Below are positions 1 through 8,972 of a DNA stretch of 53,697 nt, piece by piece. A model generated the notes under the pieces. That model was given only the letters and a program-made list of their open reading frames with translations. It was not told where the DNA came from and ran no database searches. How positions within the stretch are numbered: the stretch's first letter is position 1; the number at the start of each line of letters is the position of its first letter. The stretch is taken from positions 1-53,697 of IMG/VR virus record IMGVR_UViG_3300047301_000253; one strand, written 5' to 3'. A program made the position numbers and the translations under genes. Source of the DNA: a virus (Duplodnaviria > Caudoviricetes).

Positions 1-1
1 T

Positions 2-172
2 CTCTGAGTGGTCAGAGAAAGTGATCTTATAGCAAGGCCGATTGTGGATGTCTGATTTCACTAAGACCTTTGTCTCCTCTCCGTCGCTACCAAAAATGGA
101 ATCACCTACCTTGAGGTCACCCATGGTTGTCCAGCCAGTTGGAGTAGGAATAGGAGTATCAAGAGCAAGGCC
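2..172 (-). mobile_element. Intein N-terminal splicing region (partial), first residue Gly
   Basis: Directly after DYK the frame reads GLALDTPIPTPTGWTTMGDLKVGDSIFGSDG...CYKITFSDHSE, a typical Hint block A and following strands. Confidence 0.9.
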
Positions 173-604
173 CTTGTAGTCGACGATCTGAAGGGAACCG
201 TCTGGAAGACGATCAATCCTATCGATCACGCCACGAATCATTACGTCTTCAGAGAGATCTAGACTAAAGCGGTCTTCGGTAGCAAGAACGTTTGGCCAAG
301 CCGAGGCTCCCACATGCCCTAGATACGCCTTCAGTAGCTCTTTCGACTTCTCAAGTCCCTCGGGGCTGACTTTGAACTTGTACTTCTCCCAGATTTCCTT
401 TGCCAAGGACTTGAGTAAAGTCTCAGGATGCTGAGTTGCGTCCTCGTTGAGTCGCTTATGAAAATACTCAAGCACCTCGTGTACGTAGTTACCTACGTCT
501 AGGTGCTCAAAGCTCTTGCGAGGTAGCTTGTCGATTTTTTCATACTTGTATTTCCTTGGGCAACTTTCATAAGTTCCCAGGGATGAGATCGATACTTTTA
601 ACAA
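2..604 (-). CDS. RecB-like/Cas4-like PD-(D/E)XK nuclease interrupted by an intein; 3' end runs off the window
   Basis: Not in the ORF track; translated by hand from TTG at 604: MLKVSISSLGTYESCPRKYKY...GNYVHEVLE...LATEDRF...IRGVIDRID...LQIVDYK. These are the S-x-S..CP, G..H..LE, G.IDRID and DYK motifs of PDDEXK_1 nucleases. Confidence 0.9.
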   Translation of the reverse strand, partial: MLKVSISSLGTYESCPRKYKYEKIDKLPRKSFEHLDVGNYVHEVLEYFHKRLNEDATQHPETLLKSLAKEIWEKYKFKVSPEGLEKSKELLKAYLGHVGASAWPNVLATEDRFSLDLSEDVMIRGVIDRIDRLPDGSLQIVDYKGLALDTPIPTPTGWTTMGDLKVGDSIFGSDGEETKVLVKSDIHNRPCYKITFSDHSE

Positions 605-665
605 AATTTCACCATTCCTATCCTGACTTGTAGGTGTTTTTTTATTTCAGCTGACCGTATTTTGT

Positions 666-1568
666 TCAGAACGTGTTAAAGCGCCCGAACAAATTCCACT
701 GCACAACAAGCGGAAATGAATAACCTGTCACTGGTGCGGTCGGCGTCGTAAATTCAACCGTGCTTATAGAGCGAATCCATTTTGCGTCGACCGAGTCATA
801 GTAATATGCGACATGAGTATTTGTCGCAGGGTTTATGAAGCTCTTTATGTGCTGACCCGAATTGAAGTTATCAAGCGCACCAGCAGACAAATCTCTGCCA
901 TGATTAAATCTGATGGAGTCTCTGCGACTCATGAATGATCCGTTAGCCACCGGAACGGCAGGCGGATTTACAGATCCAACCCTTGTATCCATAACAATCA
1001 CAGCAGCGTCAGGGTTAAAATAGTCTAATCCTAGCGCGCTCATGTAGGGAAGGCCCTCGTCATCTCGCAAACTAGGTGTATTCTCTGGTCCCGCGACGGC
1101 ATTAAACAACCCATTCTCTGGAATCAGATTACCTGAGCGGTCTCGCTCAGATATCAACAGCGGCAGTCCTTCGGGATCTTGATCGATAAAAACAGCAGTG
1201 CTGCCCTCAAAATCGAACCACATTGAGAATTCGTTGCTACCTGGGTATATGTAGGCGACGCCGCCCAAACCCTCTTTCCGGTTCATGAAAAAAGCAGAGT
1301 TGTCCAAGCTCCATGTGTAACCGAGTATGTTTGACGGAATCCAATAGCCGTCCTCTTCTGCGTACGCAACGGCTCGCAAAGTATAATCTACACCAGTAAG
1401 CGGCAAGATTACTGCAGAGGCATAGACAGTAGACAGAGGTGTTGGCGTGCTACCATCTTCAGTGTAGTAGATAATGGCGGCAGCATTTGACGAAATGATT
1501 TCTACCGAGAGTGGGAATCCACTCAGCAGCGATTGCTCTGATTCATCAAATAATAGTGTGTGGGCCAT
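666..1568 (-). CDS. Protein with N-terminal Fn3-associated/chitobiase C-terminal-like beta domain; possible virion protein
   Basis: IYYTEDGSTPT...Y...VILP...TLRAVA matches the IYYTxDGSxP repeat motif; the rest is unrecognised. Confidence 0.65.
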   Translation of the reverse strand: MAHTLLFDESEQSLLSGFPLSVEIISSNAAAIIYYTEDGSTPTPLSTVYASAVILPLTGVDYTLRAVAYAEEDGYWIPSNILGYTWSLDNSAFFMNRKEGLGGVAYIYPGSNEFSMWFDFEGSTAVFIDQDPEGLPLLISERDRSGNLIPENGLFNAVAGPENTPSLRDDEGLPYMSALGLDYFNPDAAVIVMDTRVGSVNPPAVPVANGSFMSRRDSIRFNHGRDLSAGALDNFNSGQHIKSFINPATNTHVAYYYDSVDAKWIRSISTVEFTTPTAPVTGYSFPLVVQWNLFGRFNTF

Positions 1569-1889
1569 TCAAACAACCTGTAGGAAAGTCGTATCTCGTA
1601 CTTCTGACTGTGTGCAGTGTGTTTGATAAATCATGTGAGCCAATATTCGATAGAACCGACTTAGCATTAGAAAACGCTCAAACAGTACTGGGCTGTGTGC
1701 GTAAGATCGGGCATCACCAAGAAAGCTTCTGCTTAATTTATTACAGCGACGCGCCTCATCAAGCAACTGACGACCTGACATGGCCCGAGCGTAATGTACT
1801 CTCAAGGCCGCGTCAAATCCCAGTGTCCTGATTGAGGACAAGCTCGAATTTGCTTCATTGTGCATAATGGCAACTGACGACATAAACAA
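1569..1889 (-). CDS. Hypothetical protein
   Basis: 106-aa ORF whose stop abuts the next ATG; no motif recognised. Confidence 0.45.
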   Translation of the reverse strand: MFMSSVAIMHNEANSSLSSIRTLGFDAALRVHYARAMSGRQLLDEARRCNKLSRSFLGDARSYAHSPVLFERFLMLSRFYRILAHMIYQTHCTQSEVRDTTFLQVV

Positions 1890-1948
1890 CCTAAATCACT
1901 TGGCTTTTTCAAAGATTTCTTGAGGCATTGATAGTGTCAAGCACAACG

Positions 1949-1984
1949 AAAAACGTCCTCCCCGACCAAATCGCAGGAGGACGC
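1949..1984 (-). terminator. Intrinsic terminator after sbcC
   Basis: CGTCCTCC/GGAGGACG 8-bp inverted repeat followed by T5 on the minus strand. Confidence 0.7.
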
Positions 1985-2008
1985 CATCAGGGCCATTTTG
2001 AATCCGTG

Positions 2009-4021
2009 TTATTTTTGAATTATCTTTGCAGTCGTGCCATTACTTTGGACGTGAATCGTTGTGTCAAAATGCTCTTTGAGTGAATCGTCATGAGTTATCA
2101 GCATTACCTTCATCGTTTTTTCTAGTTCTCTGATGATTGACACAAATGTTTCGATTCCAACTTTATCAAGAGAGCTTGATACCTCGTCAAGTAGCAGGAC
2201 GTTTATCTCTCCACCTTGGCGCCTGGCTTGTACTGCCGCCAAAGCAAGCCTGACACTGAATGCAACCCGAAACTGCTCGCCACCACTAAGGTCCTCAATG
2301 TACTTCACTGAGTCTGGCGTAACAACTTCTACATCAAGTGTCTCTTTAATCTGGCCTTTTGTGTCAGCTTTTTGAGTTACAAACTTTATCGTGAAAGGCT
2401 TGTAGTTCAGTTTGGACATAAACTTGTTAGACAGCGTCTCAATTTCTGAAATAACCGTGTCAAGAATGTTTGCCTGAATTCCTGTTTTGCTGAAGTGCTT
2501 GGCGAGCACCGAATAGGTGCCAACCTTTTCTTCTAGGTCCAGCTTTCTTGCTTGCATTTCGGCCAACTCTTGGGCGGCAGATGCGATTACTGCCATCTCC
2601 GCGGCTGCGGAGCTACGACGAGTCTCAGCCTTGAGGATCAGTTCGCTAGTCTCACGGATCTGCCTCTGAAGCTCCTGTAGCCTCTGTAGGACGCCGGCAG
2701 CCACTGGCGCGGCGACCGGCATGGCAGCCAGTTTCTCGGCCAGCCTGGCTGATTCTGCAGACAGTAGCCCCATACGGGTATTGATTGCAGAAACCTTGGC
2801 GCTTGCCGTGTTTGCCCTTAACTCTGCCGCTGCTACAGCGCTTCGATTCTCCGAATGAGCGGTGAATGCCACCAGCCAATCTTTGCTTGCCTTTTGTGCT
2901 GCTTGATACGCCAACTCTCCAGTCTGAATTCTGGAAAGAAAATCACTCTTTTGGGCTTCGAGTTCTGATAGTTCTGCGGCATGCTTTTCATCATGATTGT
3001 CCCAATTCGTTCCACAGCCATCACACTTTCCTTCTTTCATTGCAGTAATCCTGCGTTGAAGAAATTCAAGTTGGCCTTTCCGCTGGGCAAGTTTGTTAGC
3101 AATGTCTGAAGAATCTGCGGGCTGATCGCCTGGAGACGTAACTGCGGTAGGAATAATAATATTGTCTGCCTCTAGCTGGGCGTACGCAGAGTCTTTTTTT
3201 AGCTTTGCGATTTCGTTGTCTTTTGCTACGATTTCTGAGCGTACAGACTCAATGTTCGCTGCAACAGATAGTGCGCTGCGTTCTAAGACGGCATCTACTG
3301 CTGCAGCATCCGCTTCTGACTGTAGCTGAGAGAGCGAGGCTCTTAGCTTAAGAGCTTCTGCCTCTGCCTCTACAATTGATGCGGCAGCAGCAGTTCGCCG
3401 AGCCTCATTGGACTTGAGTTGACTCATTTTGAACTTAAGAATGTCAAGTTCGCCATCTGACTCAGACAGTAGTTGTGCGGCCTTTTTGGAATAAGTGTTC
3501 CAACGATCTAAGTCTAGAATCTCAGCAATCAGCTTTTGCCGAACCGCCGCAGTCCCATACATAAATTCAGAGATTGAATTCTGGGCAAAGTAGCAGGTGT
3601 TTAGAAAACTATCGTACCGAATTTTGGTGATTTCACTTATTTTATCATCAAGTCTGGAGTTTGTATCAGCTTTGATCACTTCGAGGGCTCCGCCAGCCTT
3701 CACTTGGTAAAAATCAAGTGTTTGCTTATTTGTGCGGTTTCGTCCTCGGATAATTCGATACTTTTCAGTTCCGACGTTGAAGTCCAGCTCAACCTTTGTT
3801 GAATCGGTCTTGTCTCTTATGATTGAAGCGGAGTTCTTATATCGAGAATACCCGGTGAGCGCCCAAGCTAATGCCTGGAATATAGTACTTTTACCAGTTC
3901 CATTTGAAGCACCAGCAATATGCAGGTTCTCGCCCGTGATCAAAGCAGACGAGAAATTGAAGTTTACTGTTGAATCCTCAAACGGCCCAAAATTAACCAT
4001 GTGCATCTTAACTAAGATCAT
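2009..4021 (-). CDS. sbcC: SbcC/Rad50 (gp46-like) SMC ATPase
   Basis: Walker A NGTGKS, Q-loop FAQ, coiled coils around a CDGC zinc hook, LSGGE signature, LLLDE Walker B, ITH. Confidence 0.93.
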   Translation of the reverse strand: MILVKMHMVNFGPFEDSTVNFNFSSALITGENLHIAGASNGTGKSTIFQALAWALTGYSRYKNSASIIRDKTDSTKVELDFNVGTEKYRIIRGRNRTNKQTLDFYQVKAGGALEVIKADTNSRLDDKISEITKIRYDSFLNTCYFAQNSISEFMYGTAAVRQKLIAEILDLDRWNTYSKKAAQLLSESDGELDILKFKMSQLKSNEARRTAAAASIVEAEAEALKLRASLSQLQSEADAAAVDAVLERSALSVAANIESVRSEIVAKDNEIAKLKKDSAYAQLEADNIIIPTAVTSPGDQPADSSDIANKLAQRKGQLEFLQRRITAMKEGKCDGCGTNWDNHDEKHAAELSELEAQKSDFLSRIQTGELAYQAAQKASKDWLVAFTAHSENRSAVAAAELRANTASAKVSAINTRMGLLSAESARLAEKLAAMPVAAPVAAGVLQRLQELQRQIRETSELILKAETRRSSAAAEMAVIASAAQELAEMQARKLDLEEKVGTYSVLAKHFSKTGIQANILDTVISEIETLSNKFMSKLNYKPFTIKFVTQKADTKGQIKETLDVEVVTPDSVKYIEDLSGGEQFRVAFSVRLALAAVQARRQGGEINVLLLDEVSSSLDKVGIETFVSIIRELEKTMKVMLITHDDSLKEHFDTTIHVQSNGTTAKIIQK

Positions 4022-5187
4022 CAGTGCCCTTCCTCTGCAATTATAGAATTGCCCATCTCAATCAGCCTTGATGCCAAATCTGCATTGTCGACTGAATTTG
4101 CAATATACTGACTCCATGTGTCGGTATCGCTGGTTTGCTCCTTTATTTCAGAGCGAGACACTCTCTCACTTTCAACCGACATAATCGGTGGCAAGCAAAA
4201 GAACACGCCCCTTTTCTGCAGAAAGGCTCTAATTGAGTCCACATCGTACCTGCCGATATCATCAGCCTTAATTCGAATGTTGATCTTTATGATTGCATCC
4301 TTGATTTCGTCCTGGCCAATCTGGTCTGCGAGACCTTTGTCAACAAAAGCCTGGAATTCGACACCGGACTTTGGAACGACGAGATTGTACTCGAAAAAAT
4401 TTCGACATGGTAGGTCGATCCAGCTCATCGATTTTTGATCAGGGTCAACGATCACAACTTGCTTCTTGTGAGCCTCAAATGCACCGCGCTTCTCAAGGCT
4501 ACCAACGTAGAAGATCGGTGGGCTGGTCGATATCTGGCCTGGCGTGTGAACGTGACCCATTAAGGTCAGATGAAACTTCGAGAAAGAGCTCTTGGGTAGC
4601 ATGAGTTCATTGTCGGTGTATAACTCCGCCTCTTCTTCTGGGAAGAATGTTCCCTCTAGCGCCATATGGCCTACTAGTAGGTTTGTCTGCGAACCATTGT
4701 TGGCGGCTAGAACTTGGATCTGGCTATCTGCTGCGACAATTGCCTCTGCGTACGTGGCGACCCCATAGTATCGGCGATCACGATAAGGAAAAAGGTGAAG
4801 CTTATGCCCATCGATATCAACGGTCTGAGGAGTTCTTGCAACAAGGATATTGGGTAACTGTAGTTCTGCAAGATAGGCGAGCGTGGAAGTGTCACTTGTT
4901 CTTTGCTGATCGTGATTCCCCTCTAGGATTATGATCTTTTCTGCGCCACGGAGAACCGCATGCCTAAGAGCGGCACTGAAAAGCTGCTGCTGCACCATCT
5001 GTGGATATCTGTGCTCAAAAATATCACCTGTGAAAACCAGTGTGGTACAGGTCGGCACCAGTGCGTCAATCGCCCAAATCAATGTCGTGTAGTAGTCCAT
5101 TAGCCGGCTACTTACTCCTGAAACCGGGTCTTTTGGGCCAGCTTTCGTGCTTGCTCCAAGATGACAGTCTCCAATTATGCCTATCAT
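4021..5187 (-). CDS. sbcD: SbcD/Mre11 (gp47-like) metallophosphoesterase nuclease
   Basis: GDCHLG, TGDIFE, GNHD, GH and GHVH motifs; coupled to sbcC. Confidence 0.93.
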   Translation of the reverse strand: MIGIIGDCHLGASTKAGPKDPVSGVSSRLMDYYTTLIWAIDALVPTCTTLVFTGDIFEHRYPQMVQQQLFSAALRHAVLRGAEKIIILEGNHDQQRTSDTSTLAYLAELQLPNILVARTPQTVDIDGHKLHLFPYRDRRYYGVATYAEAIVAADSQIQVLAANNGSQTNLLVGHMALEGTFFPEEEAELYTDNELMLPKSSFSKFHLTLMGHVHTPGQISTSPPIFYVGSLEKRGAFEAHKKQVVIVDPDQKSMSWIDLPCRNFFEYNLVVPKSGVEFQAFVDKGLADQIGQDEIKDAIIKINIRIKADDIGRYDVDSIRAFLQKRGVFFCLPPIMSVESERVSRSEIKEQTSDTDTWSQYIANSVDNADLASRLIEMGNSIIAEEGH

Positions 5188-5197
5188 AGGGTTTTCC

Positions 5198-5764
5198 TTA
5201 TTTCCATTTTCTTGTGAGTTCCATGTTCAACTGGAGAAATCTACCACCTATTTGCTCTGGTGTCTCTGATTCCATCTCAATTACAAAGCCATCTAGGCGC
5301 TCGTAGAACCTAGCGAACCAAAGATTAGCCTCGACAAAGTCTTTCGTCCCGAATTTAGCTTGCAGTGTTTCTCTGCACTTTTTTGTCAGCTTCATGCTGC
5401 CAGCTTCAATAACTTTTTGAACATCTGGCAGGTCTGATATTACTACAGGCCCTCCATCCATCGCAGCCTGCATTGCTTGATTGCTATTGCCGCCAAGCAT
5501 CTGGATCAGATCAAACGCATCACCATAGGCTTGGCATCCAAAACAAAAAAACTGTCCGGTCTCTCTTGAGAAATAAAAAGAAGCTGTTTTTTCGCCGCCT
5601 CCTTTGTGATCAGGGCTTGGGCAGGGGCATTTGTGCGTAAATTTGCCGCTGCCAGCCTGAAGATTTCTTATTTTTTGGAGCGCATCAAATGCCTTCTCCG
5701 CCACTCGTAAAGAGAGGGCGGCCTTCGCTTGGTGTGTCGGCTGATCGAACGATATTCTTGCCAA
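5198..5764 (-). CDS. Stand-alone CHC2 (DnaG-type) zinc-finger protein
   Basis: CPCPSPDH...EKTASF...FFCFGCQAYGDAFDLIQ; no TOPRIM domain. The start may instead be the GTG at 5704. Confidence 0.8.
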   Translation of the reverse strand: MARISFDQPTHQAKAALSLRVAEKAFDALQKIRNLQAGSGKFTHKCPCPSPDHKGGGEKTASFYFSRETGQFFCFGCQAYGDAFDLIQMLGGNSNQAMQAAMDGGPVVISDLPDVQKVIEAGSMKLTKKCRETLQAKFGTKDFVEANLWFARFYERLDGFVIEMESETPEQIGGRFLQLNMELTRKWK

Positions 5765-6053
5765 TTTCTACCTCTGCAGTATTAAGCCTAGCTCTGACGT
5801 CTTTTAATTCTGCCTGTAGCTCTGTGAATTTCCGTAACAAATCGACTGATGCGTTCAAGGCCAGACTGGATTCCACTCTGGCGCCCTCTCCAGGCGCCAA
5901 TTCATCGAGCTTACGGCAGGCCGCATTTAGGTCCGACTGCCCAGATCCTCCGTTGCTTTTCCATTCAAGCCACCATCGCTTGCCGACCTCGTCGGCGATT
6001 TTTCTTGCGTCTTCGAGTTTTTTATATATTGCTGAAAGTTTCAAAGGATTCAT
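5685..6053 (-). CDS. Hypothetical protein with coiled coil
   Basis: 122-aa ORF in the operon. Confidence 0.6.
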   Translation of the reverse strand: MNPLKLSAIYKKLEDARKIADEVGKRWWLEWKSNGGSGQSDLNAACRKLDELAPGEGARVESSLALNASVDLLRKFTELQAELKDVRARLNTAEVEIGKNIVRSADTPSEGRPLFTSGGEGI

Positions 6054-6353
6054 TTATGCTCTGTATATATACATGCCACATCGTTTATGCAGTCGTATCC
6101 ACTCTTGGAATATAGCTGCCTTTTTTTCATCGATATAACCTGCAGAAAGAAATTGAACAAGATTGACCACACCATTGTGGTCGGTAATTGGAGTCTGGTC
6201 TATTTTGCAGACCTTATAGAGATAGGTAAAAAGGTCAGGGTCATCGAATGAAAACATTCTTGTGTCAAATAACGTAGAAGAAGTGCCAGCACACATAGTG
6301 ATTCCAGCTTCGTGCCGCCCATTGCAACCAAGAATAAGTGTTGAGTTCTTCAT
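6054..6353 (-). CDS. Hypothetical protein
   Basis: 99-aa ORF abutting the next gene. Confidence 0.6.
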   Translation of the reverse strand: MKNSTLILGCNGRHEAGITMCAGTSSTLFDTRMFSFDDPDLFTYLYKVCKIDQTPITDHNGVVNLVQFLSAGYIDEKKAAIFQEWIRLHKRCGMYIYRA

Positions 6354-6358
6354 GGTTT

Positions 6359-6387
6359 AAAAGTGATACCAGCACTTGGCTGGTATC
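6359..6387 (-). terminator. Terminator-like hairpin after clpP
   Basis: Perfect 9-bp GATACCAGC/GCTGGTATC stem, 5-nt loop, then ACTTTT on the minus strand. Confidence 0.6.
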
Positions 6388-6415
6388 GACGGCCCTTCCA
6401 TCTTTTTGATTTTCT

Positions 6416-6967
6416 TCAGCTTCCAACAATGCCGTCTACAAACCCATAACTCTTGGCCTCTTCTGCTGAAAAATATACTGTTTTCTTAGTGAAATCTTCT
6501 TTTAGCTTTTCCACAGAATTACCAGTGCAATCCGCATAGAGTTGGTACATTTTCTCACTAATATCCTCGCTGTGACGTCTTGCAGCTTTAAGTTCAGAGC
6601 TCTTTTGAGCTACTTCAGGAAATGTCGCCTCATGATCCATAAGCCAACAGTTGGGATAAAGCATCCTTTTTGCTCCAGCTGCAAGAATCAGTGTACCAGC
6701 ACTCATAACACACCCAAGCCCATATGTCCAAATTGGGATCGGAGAAAGCTTGATTAGGTCATAGATAGCGAAAGCGTCGTAAACGCTACCACCTTCGGTA
6801 GAGATTACGACGCATATCGGGTCATCATTCTGCTGAGCCAGCTCTGCGATGCGCTCAAAGAGTTGAGATGTAGTGGATGGACCAACTTCACCAATTAGCA
6901 GTATTGATCTTGAGGGATTATGCGGCGGAAATTGGGTCATCTTTTTTCTCCTAGTTTTGCTCATCAC
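6416..6967 (-). CDS. clpP: ClpP-family (S14) protease
   Basis: ISTEGGSVYDAFAIYD, GCVMSAGTLILAAG (Ser), WLMDHE (His), FSAEEAKSYGFVD. The start may be at 6940. Confidence 0.88.
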   Translation of the reverse strand: MMSKTRRKKMTQFPPHNPSRSILLIGEVGPSTTSQLFERIAELAQQNDDPICVVISTEGGSVYDAFAIYDLIKLSPIPIWTYGLGCVMSAGTLILAAGAKRMLYPNCWLMDHEATFPEVAQKSSELKAARRHSEDISEKMYQLYADCTGNSVEKLKEDFTKKTVYFSAEEAKSYGFVDGIVGS

Positions 6968-6979
6968 AGAAAAAGTGCT

Positions 6980-7243
6980 TCATTGATTGGCGTTGCGCTC
7001 GCTCTTGCGACGCCGCTTGGCAGCCTTGCGCTGCTTTGACTTACGCTTTTCAGAAGGACTTTGAGCAAACTCTTTTTCCTTAAGGTCGCGGAGGAGGCCA
7101 CTGCCCTCAACCAACCACTTAAAGCGACGAATCAGGCTATCGGCTGACTCACCATCTCGAAGCCTGACGGCAAGCCCTTCTGGGTCGCCCTCGCGCTTTG
7201 TCTGCCGTCGAAATCCACCACCGCCACTGTTACGATTTTCCAT
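6980..7243 (-). CDS. rpsU: Ribosomal protein bS21 with N-terminal extension
   Basis: VRLRDGESADSLIRRFK...GLLRDLKEKEFAQSPSEKRK...KAAKRR. Confidence 0.9.
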   Translation of the reverse strand: MENRNSGGGGFRRQTKREGDPEGLAVRLRDGESADSLIRRFKWLVEGSGLLRDLKEKEFAQSPSEKRKSKQRKAAKRRRKSERNANQ

Positions 7244-7246
7244 CTT

Positions 7247-8149
7247 TTATCTTCCTTTTCCCTTTAACACAAAATGATAGCCCTTTTTTAGCTTCTCATT
7301 TATCTTTTTATCAAGCATCTGCTCTGCGTCCTTGAGTGTCGAATGTGTTCCTGCATAGTCGCCTTGGCTACCAGTTGCGCCAATCGCCCCGTAGTGATGA
7401 CATACGACATATCTGCCGTTCTTAGACTCAAGCCAGCCCGACCAATACTTGTATTCTTTCGTCCCAATACATTCAAGCCTGCTCAGATTTAGTTGACCTG
7501 CCTTTGGAGGCGGCCACTTATGCTTTGCTGCGACGCAATCGCCCAAAGTCACGGCGATTTCATTAACCACAAGATTGAAATTCTGCGGCCAAAGTGTCTC
7601 ACTCGTTCCGATCTGAGTTAATGCTGGCGACAGCCAGGCATTCATTGAAAGCGATGCGCCATCCTTGTCGAGGGGAATTTGGACAATCCTCTCAAAGTCC
7701 GTCCAATACGTCAGAGTCTGGCTATCTTTGCCGTCAGGCTGAGAAATTACCATAAAATCAAGAGTTGTGAACCCTGGCTTCGTGCGAAGTTCAGTAGAAA
7801 GGAAATCCACCTTCCAAAACTTAGAATCAAGATACAGCACTCCTCCTTCTCTTAAGGAAGGAGGACTTGCATCGATTGGCAGGTCACCAATCTTTGATGT
7901 ATAGACCGCCATCCTATTTGAATTGGATATCGCTGCCTGTACGGTTTCTGGTTGTACGTTTTTCAGTGGGGGAGCGGCCACAATTGCTGTCGGTAGCTTG
8001 GGGCTTGGTGTTTGTAGATTTGGTTGGGTCTTAAACATATCCCCTCCTGTACTGGAAATGGTGACAAAGTCACCTAGTGTGAAGATTGGCGTATTGTAGC
8101 GCTCATAGTATGAGAGCTGAGGAACTGCCCCGTTGGTAGCAATTTTCAT
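7247..8149 (-). CDS. Protein with C-terminal WGR domain
   Basis: KYWSGWL...VVCHHYGAIGATGSQ...AEQMLDKKINEKLKKGY. Confidence 0.75.
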   Translation of the reverse strand: MKIATNGAVPQLSYYERYNTPIFTLGDFVTISSTGGDMFKTQPNLQTPSPKLPTAIVAAPPLKNVQPETVQAAISNSNRMAVYTSKIGDLPIDASPPSLREGGVLYLDSKFWKVDFLSTELRTKPGFTTLDFMVISQPDGKDSQTLTYWTDFERIVQIPLDKDGASLSMNAWLSPALTQIGTSETLWPQNFNLVVNEIAVTLGDCVAAKHKWPPPKAGQLNLSRLECIGTKEYKYWSGWLESKNGRYVVCHHYGAIGATGSQGDYAGTHSTLKDAEQMLDKKINEKLKKGYHFVLKGKGR

Positions 8150-8823
8150 TTTTGGTATCCTACTACATTGTAGCCTGCAGCTAGATTGTTCTGGACCAAG
8201 CGATGCAGAGCCTGGATTGCGTTGGCACGCGGTTGCGCTCCCCAGCTGCCGACAAGTCTGATCCTTTTGGAAGATAGTCTAACACTTATTTTTGTGCTAA
8301 AGTTGCTAATTGCATAATATGGTACCCCTCCGCCTTGTGGGGTCAAATACTCGGTAAGCCAAAATATATTAACGTCCCCCTTTTGGGCGTGGTGCAGAAC
8401 GACTATCTCTTCTTTTTTTGATTTCTCTGCGCGAATTCTGCCGAGAATCCGGTCAACGCCCGGAACTGGCGTAATCATCGCTGCTCCAGTAAGCCATGAC
8501 GGGCCTGGCTGATCTGATTCTTCTGATACTTCAATATCGAGAAGGTCTTTTATCGTGAAGATGTTTGCCGATTCTTTTAAGAGAAAGAAGGGGTGGTCGA
8601 AGTCTGAGTTAATGACAAATGTTTCAGACATCTGATCTGAGAGTCTCGATAAAATCATTGTATCGATGACTTCTTTGTTTAGAGATGCCATCGTAGAAGT
8701 CAGTACGACTTCTACTTTGCGAAGATCTCCAGCGGAGCCCGCACCGATTATTTGGTCGGGGTCGATATCCTCATGTCGCAGTTCGGACATCAATCTCTTC
8801 GCGGCAGTAATGTGTCTTTTCAT
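8146..8823 (-). CDS. Hypothetical protein, possible degenerate WGR-like C-terminus
   Basis: KGDVNIFW...AIQALHRLVQNNLAAGY; ATGA-coupled to the WGR gene. Confidence 0.55.
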   Translation of the reverse strand: MKRHITAAKRLMSELRHEDIDPDQIIGAGSAGDLRKVEVVLTSTMASLNKEVIDTMILSRLSDQMSETFVINSDFDHPFFLLKESANIFTIKDLLDIEVSEESDQPGPSWLTGAAMITPVPGVDRILGRIRAEKSKKEEIVVLHHAQKGDVNIFWLTEYLTPQGGGVPYYAISNFSTKISVRLSSKRIRLVGSWGAQPRANAIQALHRLVQNNLAAGYNVVGYQK

Positions 8824-8925
8824 CGGGAGTCTCTTTTCTGCTCTTGGGGATTACATCCATCGATGCAGTTCATGTGAGGAATAGTCTTCAGGCGAAAATT
8901 TCCGACACTTGTGGTCACAAAAAGC

Positions 8926-8953
8926 AAAAAGCTCACCGCAAGATGAGCCTTTT
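8926..8953. terminator. Probable bidirectional terminator
   Basis: AAAAAGCTCA-CCGCAAGA-TGAGCCTTTT. Confidence 0.55.
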
Positions 8954-8972
8954 GAATTTAGATTTGAGTCTT

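Noticed and set aside
2-604. Cas4 as part of a CRISPR-Cas locus
   Set aside because: No cas1/cas2 or array is present; the context next to sbcCD fits a phage recombination nuclease.
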